Source: Callorhinchus milii
Lineage: Eukaryota
DNA: 64,000 bases
Assembly: GCF_018977255.1 (NCBI RefSeq)
Contig: NW_024704765.1
Location: forward strand, 6,820,001-6,884,000
Reading direction: 5' to 3'
This document shows, piece by piece, positions 1 to 13,570 of the stretch. The notes beneath the pieces are model-generated. The model saw only the letters and a list, made by a program, of their open reading frames with translations, ran no database searches and was not told the DNA's origin. A program made the position numbers and the translations under genes. The stretch's first letter is position 1. Each line of letters starts with the position of its first letter.

Positions 1-3000
1 CACACACAACAATATCCCACAAACAGCCACGAAATAAGTGAATGCTCAATTTTATCTGGAGGATTGTAGGCCATCAGGAGAAACTGCCTTCTCTTTTCGT
101 GAACTGATAGATAGAGCCTAGGATTGTTAGCCTAGACGGTAAGCTCAAAGTCCTGACGTGGGGCTTAAACCCACATCCTCTGATTCAGAGGCAAGAGTGT
201 TATCAACTAAGTCAGGCTAAAGTCTGACAGGATGTGGCCTATTATCTCGATGGACCACAGTATGAAGTTTAAACATTAACAGAATCATTTGGTTCAATTT
301 TCAGCTTTACGCAGTTGCCCGAAGTACGAGGGATGTTTGTAAAGAATTAAAATTTCAACCAAATTTCGACTGTGCAGGATGGGATTCAGTTGTCCTATTA
401 ATCATATGGCTGTGTAAATTTGCTATTTATTTAGGGTCCGTTTTAATACAGCAACAATGTTAAGCTTAGCTATTCTTATTCTTATTTTCATTTTAAACAC
501 AGCATCAGTTGCTATCCATTGGATGAAATAGGACAGATGAGAGAAAGAAACAAAACATTAATTTCAACTAAAAAGTTCTGCCGAAAGGATCAACACGCAG
601 AGCTGAATCAGGGTTAATTGTGGATAATATTGATTGAAGGAGCTGTGTGCTGGGAACTTTAGTTGGTGCTGGAGGGAGAGAAATCAAAGTGTGATTAATG
701 TGCTCACCTTAAAACCAATCCGAATCCAATTTCCTGCAAATGTTCCTCGGAGGCCCATGTTCATTGCATTATCCTCAGTGAAATCATAAGAACATAAGAA
801 TTCTCTGGGTGAAAGAAGATAAAGGTCCATCTAGTTCGCCTTCCAGCATCCTGGTAGTCGCTTGACTTATCGTGTCCCAAACTTTATCCTGTATTCCCAG
901 ATATTATTTTCTAGCAAAAATCTACCTAATTTGTTCTTGAAACCAACAACATTTTCCGCTTCCATTGTCTATCTCCCTAGGGAGCCTGTTCCACGCGTTT
1001 ACTTCCATAAGATCACCTTCAGGGAGACATGTCTACTGGAATAAGAATCACACTGAGGCGTCAGTGAATGAGAAGATCTGAAGTGACAGCGTTTGATTCA
1101 GTCAGATGTGCCTCGGAGAGGGCAGAGGGAATTGGTGGGAGGCAGACTGTTGTACCAAAATAGCACCGCAGTACATATCTCTAGAAAAGAAAAGAACATT
1201 GGAGATAATAATCAAGCAGTGTTAGTGCGGAGCTATAGGAACTACATTTCAGTTTGCTGCATTGTGCGGCAAAGAGTGAGATGCTGCAAACTGATTTGGG
1301 ATTAGACTCACACAGAGAAGCTCAAGAGAAACAGGAATTATCGACTGAACCACTACCACAGAAACAGCTACTGTCATGTTGCTTTAACCAGCACCGTAAA
1401 AATCTATGGCACATCAGAAAGGCCAGACAACATTACTGTTGATGTTTAACTTACTCATTGTCTATCCCAATCCCAAGTCCCCGCTTCTCCTCCATACTTC
1501 CACAGCAGTGGCAGATGAGGTGTTAACCGAGTCCCGCTTGCCTTTTAAAGTTTCCATGGTTTCCATTTGAAAAGAAGAGTTTCTACCAGTGTCCTGGCCA
1601 GCAATCCCCAGATAAAATGGGTCACTCACTTCATAGTTATTGTGGGGCATTGCTGTGCACAAATGAGCTGCGGCATTTAGAAAGATAGGAGCATAGGAAC
1701 AAGAGTAGGCCATTCAGCCCCTCAAGCCTGTTCTGCCATTCTGCAAGATCATGGCTAATCTGTGCCTCAACTCCAATTACCTGTCCTTGCCCCATATCCC
1801 TTGATACCCTTATCTCCAAATTCCAAGTCACTGCACTTTACAGGAAATGTTGTGAAGTGATGAGAGGTGACCTTCTCACGTGAAAGGCACTAAAACCAAA
1901 TGCAAGGGATATAATGACATCAAATGGCTTACGTACAGCTTACTGCAGAGGAAATTGTGTAGGTTTAAGCCATCAATACAGAGGTAATAGCACCGGAAAG
2001 ATTGCTGTGGTTATGTACATTTCAGTAGCTTAGCTATTGAACAATCCCAGTCAGAAAATAGTTAAGCGAGAAGCAAAGTCTCCCTGTAATATTGGAATCA
2101 GAAAGCAAATTGGCAATGTCAATGCTGTCAGCGTTATACATATTTCAACATGGTAATATTTCCTGCTTCCACAAGAGTCTGAAAGAGATTGAAAGGACGA
2201 GGGGATGTGTTTGGATTGTCGATGACATTTTGCATGAAATGTTTGACAATGACAATTAAACGAAGAGGAGACAATGATGCATTCGTAGACACACAGCTGA
2301 GAGGGAACTGCCAGCTGCGGACCCCACCCTGGAATCCAACACAGCAGCCACACAGCTGCCAACTTTAGTGATGATCTTGATGAACACATGCCATCGGCCA
2401 GATGATGCACTCCAACGGGCAAGGGGACAAATGCAACAGCAACAATAACTTGCATTTTTATAGTGGCCGTCAGTGTCTCGGAGCGCTTAACAGTGGCGGA
2501 GCCTGACACCGAGCCGGGGGGAGGAGGTGACCGCAAGCACGGTCGAATATATGTAACACAGTGCAGAGAGGCATCTGGTTATGTCAGCCACTCCATATGC
2601 CATTACATGGGCACTGCAAAGGCACTCAGATGCCTGTTTGAGATCTTTTGCTGAAGGAGAATTGACCTTGCATGGCAAGACATAAAGATATCATTGGCAT
2701 TCTGCCAACCAGAATCTTTTTATGTTTTCTGCCAGCTGAGCTCAGTTTGGCTAGCACTCTCGCTCGCTACTGTTGCTCATCAGATTCAGTAATTCTAGCT
2801 GTTATTCTGTTGTGTTTGACTTTATCAGATGCCTTCTGAAAAAAAAAACATGCACCGCCCTTCATCTACGAGTGAGCGTGAGAAAGGGAGGAGGGAGGAG
2901 GATTTGAGGCGGGAGAGGAGGAGGAAAGAGGGAAGTGGGGGTGATGATCAAAGGTGTGATCTCCACTATTGGCTTTGCACACTGCTGATCGAACGTATTG

Positions 3001-3371
3001 TACCAACCAGCTTCTGGACTTGGCTGCCCGACAGATTGCAATTATAACTGTGCACTGAAGGTTCATTTAATTGAGAATAAGGACAGGAAGCAATAAATAT
3101 AGGTGACTTTCACCACAATCATTGTGCCGAGCTCCAAAGTGTTTTATTGTGTACAAGGGTACCTCCCAACGGCCTTCCTTATTGATTCCTCTTGCTGTTA
3201 GTGGAGGCAATTCCATTTCTACTCAGAGCCCCAACCAAAGAGCACGGAATGACATTAAATATTAATTTTTATCAATAAAGACGTTTGAACCCAGTTGAAC
3301 CTCGGAGCATTACACCAAGATAATTTGTATTGTTTTCTCTTCCGCAGCTTTCTAAATGTTTGCGTGTAGAT

Positions 3372-3680
3372 CAGGTTCGATTCCTGGACGGGGCGAAACC
3401 TCAGGTAAATTTCCTTACTCCCCACGCACCCCTCTGTTTACCCAACAGTAAGTAGGAACCTGGTTGTTAGTCGACTGTCGGATCACTTTCTGGGGGTAAT
3501 AATCCCTTCAAAAGCAAAATGCGGTCAATCTATGACACTGCTGTGCGCAATTGGCTGCCCCTTCTCACCCACAAATATCCAGTCAATTTATTTTACGGTC
3601 TATTGTTATTCTGTGAAACGCTTTGAGACGGCTCGGAAATGTGATAAAGTGCCGCATCAAATGCAAGGATTATTATTGTT
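3372..3680 (+). mobile_element. Same tRNA-derived SINE family, 5'-truncated
   Basis: B box, CORE-like segment and (ATT)n tail. Confidence 0.85.
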
Positions 3681-6600
3681 ATCCCAGACAAAGAGGTTAA
3701 TGGAACTGTCTGTTACCCACAAAGGTTCTCCTGATAGCCAACTCCTCCACAACACTATTCAATTATGGTGATGGCTTCAGTGAGACTGAAGTATAGAGCG
3801 TGGGCTGTTCTAGTGGATGCTGGAGGATCCATTGAAGCTGCTTTGCTGTCTGTAACTTGCTCAGACACAAATTGGACAAGGCCAGAGGAATAGTAAAGCG
3901 AAAGAGACACGGTAACGCACTTCATTGTCAACTGTTTTGTGGCAATTCACACAATCACTTGCGCATGTGCACAGTTGCTAATGGATTTTCCTAATAAATA
4001 AATAAATAAATAAATAATTAAACAAACAAATAATAGAGTATATCTGCCTAAAAATAATAATTCATCCTAATAATAATAATTGCATTTGACATAACGCCTT
4101 ATCACGCCTTCGAGACATCTCAAAGGGCTTCACAGAATATACTGTAAAGTGAATTGACTGCGTATTTTGTGGGTGAAACGCGGCAGCCAATTGCGCACAG
4201 CAGTGTCCCCACAAACTGTGTTGGATTGAGTGACCAAATGATTATTATTATTTTTTGGAGGGATTATTACCCACCCAGAAAGCAAATGAATAAATACATA
4301 TTAAGTACACTCTAAGGAGCACTGATTAATTTTAAAATGGACTTTGTTCTAATTATTGTTCTGGAAGAATAAGTGATTACATTACTAAACAGTCTAAGGC
4401 ACACTTCTGCATATTTGCAGATGAATGGCTACTCATGTGTTTTAGCAGGAAAAGTAACAGAAAGGGACAAAATCCATAGAATTAACACATCTTCTATCTC
4501 AGTAAACTCTGCAAGACGCAGGAGGCATTTTACTCTGTTAAATTACAGATGTCTTGCGGAGGTGGATGTCGGACAATTCTTTGCCCGACTGATACTTGAC
4601 GTAAAGCCTTAACCAGTGGGTTTGTTTATTAAAAAAAATCATTCGATTGAGTGACCAAATTATTATTTATTTATTTTGAAGGGATTATTACCCCCGGAAA
4701 GCAATTTGCCAAGCGACTCACAACCAGGTTCCTACTTACTGCTGTGTAAACAGGCAAGTTTCCTCACTCCACACACCTCTAAGATTTCGCTTCTTGTCAT
4801 TGAAGCTCATTTCCCCATCATTTCCATTATTCTCCTGGGTACCAGGCTCTGCACATCTCCACACAGGTAAATCGTGTACGGCCCAGAATAGGAAATTGTT
4901 CTACTGGAGTTCTCTCAACCTCCTCTCCCTCCTACTCTCAGTCTATCACTAATTCATTCCACCATTTTGATTTCTTCTCCTGCCAAGGAAACGCCTCAAA
5001 AAGAAATTAAATGTTGATACGGAGCAATAATAGGCGGCAGCTAATTTGCACCGGACACGTCCTAGTGCAACACTGAGATGAACAGACAGTTTATTAGAAT
5101 CTTTCCAGTGAGTTTGGAATGAGCGGAGAGTTACAAGGCAGCTTAACCAGGAGGAAAACATTTAAGTAGCTTGGGAAGGGGAGGGAGGGGGAAAGGAAGA
5201 AATCCCTTCATTCTCAAATTGTTGGAGCGGTTGTACTTCAGATAAAATGTTAAACCGAGGTCCCGTCTGCCTGTTCAGATGGATGTTACTGTGGGATCTT
5301 TCCTATTCGAAAAGAGAAGGAATTTCTCCCTCCCAGTGTCCTGGCCAACAATCCCCCAAATTTGCGTTCTGACGAAGGGTTGTGGACCCGAAACGTTGAC
5401 TCACTTTCCTTTCTCCATAGAGGCTGCCCTGACCTGCTGAGTGTTCCCAGCGACTTCTGTTTTTGTTTGAATCCCCCAAATAAAATTGGTCATTCACTTC
5501 ACGGCTGTTTGTGGGACTTTGCTGCGCACGAATGCCCCATTTGCCTACAAAACACACAGTCCCTGCAACTTACAGTACAGTATATCATGTGAAGCACTTT
5601 GGAACATCCTCCCAACATGAATGGCGCTGTATCAAACATGTAATGATTGTTGTATTATTATTATTGTTGTTGTTGTCAATAATAATAATTCCAAGGCAGA
5701 TGGGATGGGACCTACACCAATGACTCAATCTGTAAATGGGTAATAAACTTGTATTTAATATAGAATGTCTTTTGGGTGATTTCGGATCATTAGTCAACAT
5801 CGACCTTGCCTAATAAAATAATCCGACCCAAACAATTGTATGGTTTTTTTTTCTCTCTCTCCTCTGAATTTGTCCCAGTGATTAAACAGAGCTGAGTCAC
5901 TCAATGCCAGGCTGTGCCATCCATTGCAGTTCACAATTTGCTTGACATTTCCCAACATGCGATGGGTTCATGTGAATCAAGGAAGCAGAGCACAGCTGGG
6001 TTGAGGCTGATAATTAGACGGGATCAACCCAGAATGGAACACTCACAGTTGTAATAAGGATCACCAGGAACAAACGGATGGTGTGATTAACTGGGCTCTC
6101 AATGTCACGTAGGACACAGAGCAGGAAACGAGTCAGGAATACTAAACTTGTCAATTGACGTCAAGGAACATAAATGAGCGGTTGCACAGGCACAGAAGGG
6201 GGTTTGTCCTGATTTAAATAGGTTACCGTAACTCTTACTTTTCCACCAGCAGCAGTGATGCGAGCAGATATTTATTTGTTGGTATCTTCTCTCTCTGAAA
6301 CCCTCACCTGACACAACAGACCGATCAGAGAATCGCTCTATTTTTCCCTTGCGAGTGACCTGTTCAAACGATCAACTTGGTTTGCTTTTGTAACATACCG
6401 TCTTTTAAAACACATAGAAAATGTACATTTCTAAAAAGATAAACTTTCTTTGAAGACTAAACCAAATGTTTGGAGTCTTCAAAGCCCGACTTTGGTGAAG
6501 ACCATTTAATTGAGCACAAAAATAATTTCTTTAGATTGGAACAGGTTTATTCCAGAGATCCGAAAGTGGTGCCCAATGCCTCGTGGATTCCTCAATTTAC

Positions 6601-7199
6601 TATTAACAAAAAGAATTATTATAAACTGTTCTTTCTATAACTTAGAATCATAGTCTGGAAAACGTGAAGATTTTGGCTTTGGGTCATGCTTGATCAGGCG
6701 TCACTACCAACTGCTACAAAATGCACAGTCACTACACTTTACAGTGAAACACTCTGACGGGTCATAGAAACAGGAGTAAGCCGTTCAGCCCCTCACATCT
6801 GTAGCGCCATTCTATTAGATTGTGGCTGATCTGCACCTCAACTCCAATTACCCTCCCTTGCTTCGTATCCTCTTGATATCCCGACCTAACAAATATTAGG
6901 GTCTCGAAGACATAAGGTGCTTATGCAATCATTGCAATGATTATTCTTATGATTTGTTTTATGCTGGACTAACTCGCCAGCACCTGTGCGAAACACAGAG
7001 CGTTTTCTGGTATCTCATAATGAACTTTCAATCACACGGAAGGTCTAAGAGATTGGCTGCTTTAGTGCGGAGTTTTATTGAGCTCCTGCTGTCCTGATAA
7101 ACACTCTGGTTTACAGGTTTGACTTGTGGGACCTGCAATGTTTCCAGCTAAATGGAAGCGTTGCTGCTGTGTGACCCGGGCAGACCGCCTGCCTCTCTT

Positions 7200-7460
7200 C
7201 TGGGAGGAAAGAAGAGAGGAGGAATGGGGGAAAAGAGGAGAGAAGGAGGGAGAGAGGACAGAGAGGAGGGGGGAGAGGAGGGGCGGCGGGGGGTGGGTTG
7301 GGGGGAGGTGAAGAGAGAGAGGAGGGGGATGAAGAGGAGTGGGGGGGTGAAGACGAGGGGAGGAAAGAGGAAGGGAGGAAAAAGGAGGGGAAAGGAAGGG
7401 AGAGAGAGTATAGGGGGGAGACAGAGGAGAGGGCGGGAGGGGGAGCGAGGAAAAGGGGTA
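7200..7460. repeat. Polypurine (GA-rich) low-complexity tract
   Basis: Almost pure G/A on the plus strand. Confidence 0.9.
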
Positions 7461-8744
7461 ATGATGCCTCACACACTTTTAAACCCATTCATAACAAATG
7501 TAAATGCTTTCAACATTGCTGTACTTACCCCCTCTTCTTGAAAACACCAACGGGGTGAAACCCACCTTGTCTTAGCCGGTTAGGGCCATTTTTATAAAAT
7601 ATATATTTAAGACCGTGCAGAACTGTGGAAATTTCTGAAGATGGGGTTGGGAAGCTCGTTTTCTGCAGTTGCTAGAAAAAAAGAACGCCTTCAAAATGTT
7701 CCTCGATTGGGCGAGACGTTCAATGCTAAGACGCTTACACACACAAAAAAAGTCTTACAGGCTAAGAGTAGGTTAAATTTCAGGCCCTCTACATGATGCT
7801 GGTGAACATTACATTAATGTACATTAAAACACACACACAGTACAAGATTCTGGACAAACGGACTCACCCTTAGCAACTGATGTCGATTTTAGTGAAGATT
7901 AGAATATTTTATTTACCTATTCGTGTTAAATACATTGGCACTTTACTCTCTAGGATATATAAAATAAAAGTTGAAAATAAATTAAATTAGATTTGCCGGT
8001 AAATGAGAGAGAGAGAGAGAGAGTTCTACCTTAACAGGAGATACAGGTATTAGTTTTAGAAGTTTACAACGGTTGTGCTTTTTTTTTGTAAAGTCGTTGA
8101 TGTCTCTTGCCCTTCTGCTCCGACTGTCCTTGGCATTTGGGTTGGCGGCTATTCGGTGGGGAGCCGGTAAGAGTTTCGCGCAGTTCCAGGGGGAAACTTG
8201 GGATGTAAGTGGGAGCGAGAGCGGCGAGATACAGGAAAAGGAGAAGGAGGTAAAGAGTCTTGTGTTGGGAACTGGCCCAAGACTGTTCTGTTCTGCAGTA
8301 ACGGGAATGACCAGGGCAGGACGGGAAATTGCCAGATTGCTCATCTTGACTTCTGGTTGATGCTCCGCTCAGTAGGTGGTGTCCCACTTAAAAACCAACG
8401 CTTGCCTCGTTTAAGTCAGGCCCTCCATCCAGCCCGCTCCTTCCTCGGAGTAATAGTACAACGTCAATCAGCGACGACAAAGAGTCGCACTTATATAGCG
8501 CCCTTCACACAGCGGAGCGGGGAGATAGCGTCTCAAAGCCTGTGTCCAGTCAACAAAACGGTCCGTTCCAGTTGGATCTGCAGCATTGATTCCCACACAT
8601 GGCACAGAAGGAGGGAGGGAGAGATGAGAGAGAGAGAGAGAGGGAGAGAGAGAGAGTGGAGGTAAATTGCACTTAAACAGGGATTGTCGCTGTAGGTGTG
8701 TATTGTCACTGCTCACACGTCCCGCCTGCCTGCCCGACCCGCCC

Positions 8745-9520
<776 letters not shown>

Positions 9521-9673
9521 TTTGTGAGGATGGCTGGTTTACAGGCAGCAATGTTAGTTAGCCATTACATTACGCACACACACACACACAATACATTACA
9601 ACACACACACACACACACACATATACACTCACTCACTAATTGTTCAGGTCCACCAGCCTTAGTTAGCTATTAA

Positions 9674-9782
9674 GAGACATTGCACACATTAAAAGACATT
9701 GCACACATTAAGAGACATTGCACACATTGAGAGACATTGCACACATTGAGAGACATTGCACACATTGAGAGACATTGCACAC
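9674..9782. repeat. 19-bp tandem repeat GAGACATTGCACACATTRA, about 6 copies
   Basis: Direct head-to-tail copies. Confidence 0.95.
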
Positions 9783-12469
9783 ACATCCCACACACACACA
9801 AATGCACTCACTCACTCATTGCTCAGACCCTTCTCTCGATTGCCCCATCGTTAGGCGATCCAGCCCCCACTCCCAACAAAAGGAGAGCAAGAGAGGGGTG
9901 GGGGGGGGGGGGGGGAGAAAGGCAAAGCAAGGCTTGGGTTTGGCTATGAATTGCCCAACATCAATCAACCTTTGCCTAGAAATTCCAGCTGCTGCCTGGA
10001 ACCCTGAGCATCTTCCACAAGGCAACAGCAGCAATCCACACACCCAGACACTGCTTTAACTTGTTACAGAGAGAGAGAGAGAAAAAAAATCCTTCCTTTC
10101 TTTCCCCCCTTCTAATGATGTCATCCTTGACTTGGCTGTCCTTGGGCTGAGAGGAGGAGGAGGAGGGGAGAGAGAGAGAGACTCAACCACATAGCTCTGT
10201 GGGGTGGGGGAGAAAGGGTTGGAAGGGGGAGGAGAGGGAAGAGATGCAGTTGCTGAGCCAACCTCTTATCTTTCCACTCACTATTTCTATTGCATTACAA
10301 AGAAGCACTGGCCAGTGAGGAGCCAGACATGGGAGGGAGGGAGGGAGGGAGGGAGGAAGGGAGGCTAAATGGGTTTGCAATAGATTTTTCGATTTAATAC
10401 AAGACCGCACATGGGTTTCGCGTCTCTCTGCTGCTTGCGTCGCTATCTCACCTCGGATCCTTTTCACGGGTGCGCTGGTGCAGGATAGGAATAAGAACAA
10501 TAATAATCCTTGCCTCCGATGTAGCGCCTTATCACGTCCTTCGAGACGACTCAAAGCGCTTCAGAGAACATACCGTAAAGCGGATCGACAGTATTTCTGG
10601 GGCGAAAAGCAGCCGCCAATTGGGCACAGTAATGTCTCACGAACAGCGGTCGACTGAGTGAGCGAAATATTATTTTTAGTTACTTATTTTTAAAAGGGCT
10701 TTGGAAAGAAACGGGAGGAATATTAGAGTGGGGGAGTGAGCAGGGGAATATGATTAGATTGGCTGACGTGGAGAAAAGCAGCAGTGCAGACTCAGTAGGT
10801 CAGATGGCCTGTTTCTTTGATGTAATATTATACAATGCTTTATTTTCTCCCACAGAAACCACCCCCCACCCCCCCGCCCGAATGGCACAATATTACAAAT
10901 ATACGACAGATAGAAAAATTTAAACAGAGGCAGTTACAAAATTTTATTTCAAGTGCGGGTGTGTGTATATAAAAATATACAGAAGCAATTTGGTTTCTCT
11001 CACAAATGAGTAATACGGTATATACAGAATATCAGTACAATTTCATAAATGACCTTAACTTGGTAAAAACAAAAGACTGGAAGCTGTGTATCATAGTGCT
11101 GCATGATCGGAGGGTGTGTGATCTACGTTACAAGAGACGCAGGCCAGAGTGAAAGGCGCTATATAAAACCAAGTAATTGGTACTGCGAAAGGTTTTCCTG
11201 CGGGTAGTGCTGTGGTGCAGAGTTCTCAAGGCAGCTCAGCGCTAACGTTCTGACACTCGGTGACCCTCCTAACCTCGCCAGGACCACCAGTGATGAACAC
11301 TCGACTGTGCCTACACTCACCCCATTCCTCCCCGGCTCAGCCTCAAACCGATAAGCCATCCGAGAGGCTAACCCGCAGGAAGGGCGCTCTGAAGGTAAAA
11401 CCCGCGTAAAGTCTGATCTGTATAAAACAGTATAATCGTTCCAAGTCGTACGTCTGCCCAAGTCCTGTTCAAGAGTTTACATTCTATGCAAGTTTGACGC
11501 AAGTCATCCTTCGCGTAAGTCGTATTAAATGTCTGGCCCCAACCCACGTGACTTACGTGAGGTTTACTGTTTAAATTCAAGTTAATTGTTGGTCACTTCA
11601 CCGCTTGGCAGAATTTTATGTCGTGGTCACAGAAACGGCGTCTGTCTTGGTCGCTAGGACTCCACAACGCCCCTGTAAGATGGCAGTCTCGAGTGGACCC
11701 GGGTCATTACCAGCAATCCCACATCTCAGGCCTTGGAGGGACGAGAGTAGAAAGATCCCACGTAAAATTATAGGGATCAGGGCAGGGCAGGAGAATTGAA
11801 CGAACAACTTGCTCTGCGAGAGACAGCGCAGACATAATGGGCCAAATGACCTCCTTCTGCACTTTTCTACGATTCTATCTATAAGCCCTATAAAGCGCTT
11901 TTGAGACTTTGCGTACTCGACGTGAAAGGCACTGTATCAAATGCAAGGATTATTATCATCTCGACCATTCAATTGGGGGGCGGGGGGGCAAATAGGTTTA
12001 AATATTACAATTCCCATCAGGTACGAAAGAAACGCTCAGCATAAGCAGCACGGAACTGTCCATCTGTCCGTTTGCTTCAATCTCAAACTGCAGGCGACAT
12101 TTGGACAGTCTGCGGCAATAAACGAACCGTAAAAGATTTCTGCCTATGACAAGTCGCTGCCGATCGCTGCGTACAAAAAAAAAAACACGACACGCGCCAG
12201 AAGGAGCTGATGAGGCCTCGAGCTAAAGGAGCCGTACAGAAGGTCACGACCACAGTGCTACACACTGCTGCCTTGCAACAGGAACTTTTTAAACCTTGAA
12301 CAATAATAATGATGATGATAATCCTTGTATTTGATACAGCACCTTATCCCGTCGTTGAGACGTCTCAAAGGGCTTCGTGGGATACACCGTAAACGGTACC
12401 AGGTAAGTCAATTAGGGGGCCAGGTTTAGCAAAGGTTGGGAGGGGGGGGGGCTTTAGAAGCTTACAGAT

Positions 12470-13130
12470 TGTAAGAGAAAGACTGGAGGACGAGAGCCCT
12501 GAGGTTCTTGGAAATAATGACTTAAGAGAAAGCAGGCAAGAAGGCAAATGGGATTTACGGCATTTTTCACACAAGTTCTGGAGTACAAAAGATGGTGTCT
12601 CTCCTGTTATTATCGATCGAGTGCTGGTCAGACCTCGTGTAGAGAACAGCGTTCGGTTTTGGTGGCATTCCAACCTTAGGAAGGATATACTAGGCTCGAA
12701 GGACATCCAGCGATGATGCTTTACCAGATTATTTCCTGGTGCTGAAAGGGTTTAAGCGAACAGTAAGTGGCTGGGGGAAGACTGGCCTTGTGTGTTCCTG
12801 TTTTCCTAGGTATCTTAAAAGAAGGAACCAGTGCAATAAAAGGTTTCGGTGTGACTAAAAGGTGTCTCTCGCCTCCGTTCTTAAGATGAGGAGTTTGAGT
12901 TGCATGAGCTACCTCGAGAGGCAAGAAGGGGGTAGCGACGGGGAGAGGGGGGTCCGAGAGGGGAGCACTTGTGGTTGGTCCAAGCAGACAGGACACCAAG
13001 CCATGGGACATCTGTGCACTCGGGACAAGTTCAAGCGCAGTAAGTGTGACCCGCCAGCTGGGATGCGACAGGTACGTATCGCACAAAGGAGGAGAGAACT
13101 CAACGAGTCAGAGTTTAAAGCCTCGTCACT
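12470..13130 (+). mobile_element. Degenerate CR1 LINE fragment(s)
   Basis: 12620-12760 decodes with breaks to a LVRP..E..V.FW...LRKDI..LE..QR..TR..PG.KGL-like CR1 ORF2 segment. Confidence 0.6.
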
Positions 13131-13522
13131 CAGACGGTGGACAACTTAAGCAAAGCGCCTATTAATGCAACGCAGCCGAACCCACTGAATTGAGATGCGC
13201 GGAGGACTTGCTAACGTCTCCAATCGCTCGGAGAACAACGTCTTTGTCCGTTCCGCGATTGAGCCGACCCTGTAAGTCGCGGGCGGGCGGGCAAGCCTGG
13301 CAGAATTAAACGCGGTTCGGGAGAGTGAATCGGCAGCGATAACACGAGCACCTTTCCTCAAATAGTCACGAGCTTCTTCCACTATAATCCCAACTGCTGA
13401 CGAGAGAGAGAGAGTCAACGAATCGTTCACCCGCTCGCTGGCTCGACAAATCCCGCTCCGGTTTGAGCTCAGCGGTCCGCGGCCTTTACTGACTTAATTG
13501 TCTGAGATACCGGCCTCGGATC

Positions 13523-13570
13523 CTAGTCAATGAGATTGTTGTCATCCTCGATTTCCCCAGCGTGGTCTTC
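13523..13570 (-). CDS. GOLIM4-like last coding exon
   Basis: EDHAGEIEDDNNLID followed by TAG; T-rich acceptor. Confidence 0.72.
   Translation of the reverse strand, partial: EDHAGEIEDDNNLID

Noticed and set aside
7062-7558. Pro/Ser-rich and Gly/Glu/Arg-rich ORFs
   Set aside because: Translations of a polypurine low-complexity tract.
9674-9782. Regularly repeated units resembling a CRISPR array
   Set aside because: No unique spacers and the context is eukaryotic; it is a simple tandem repeat.
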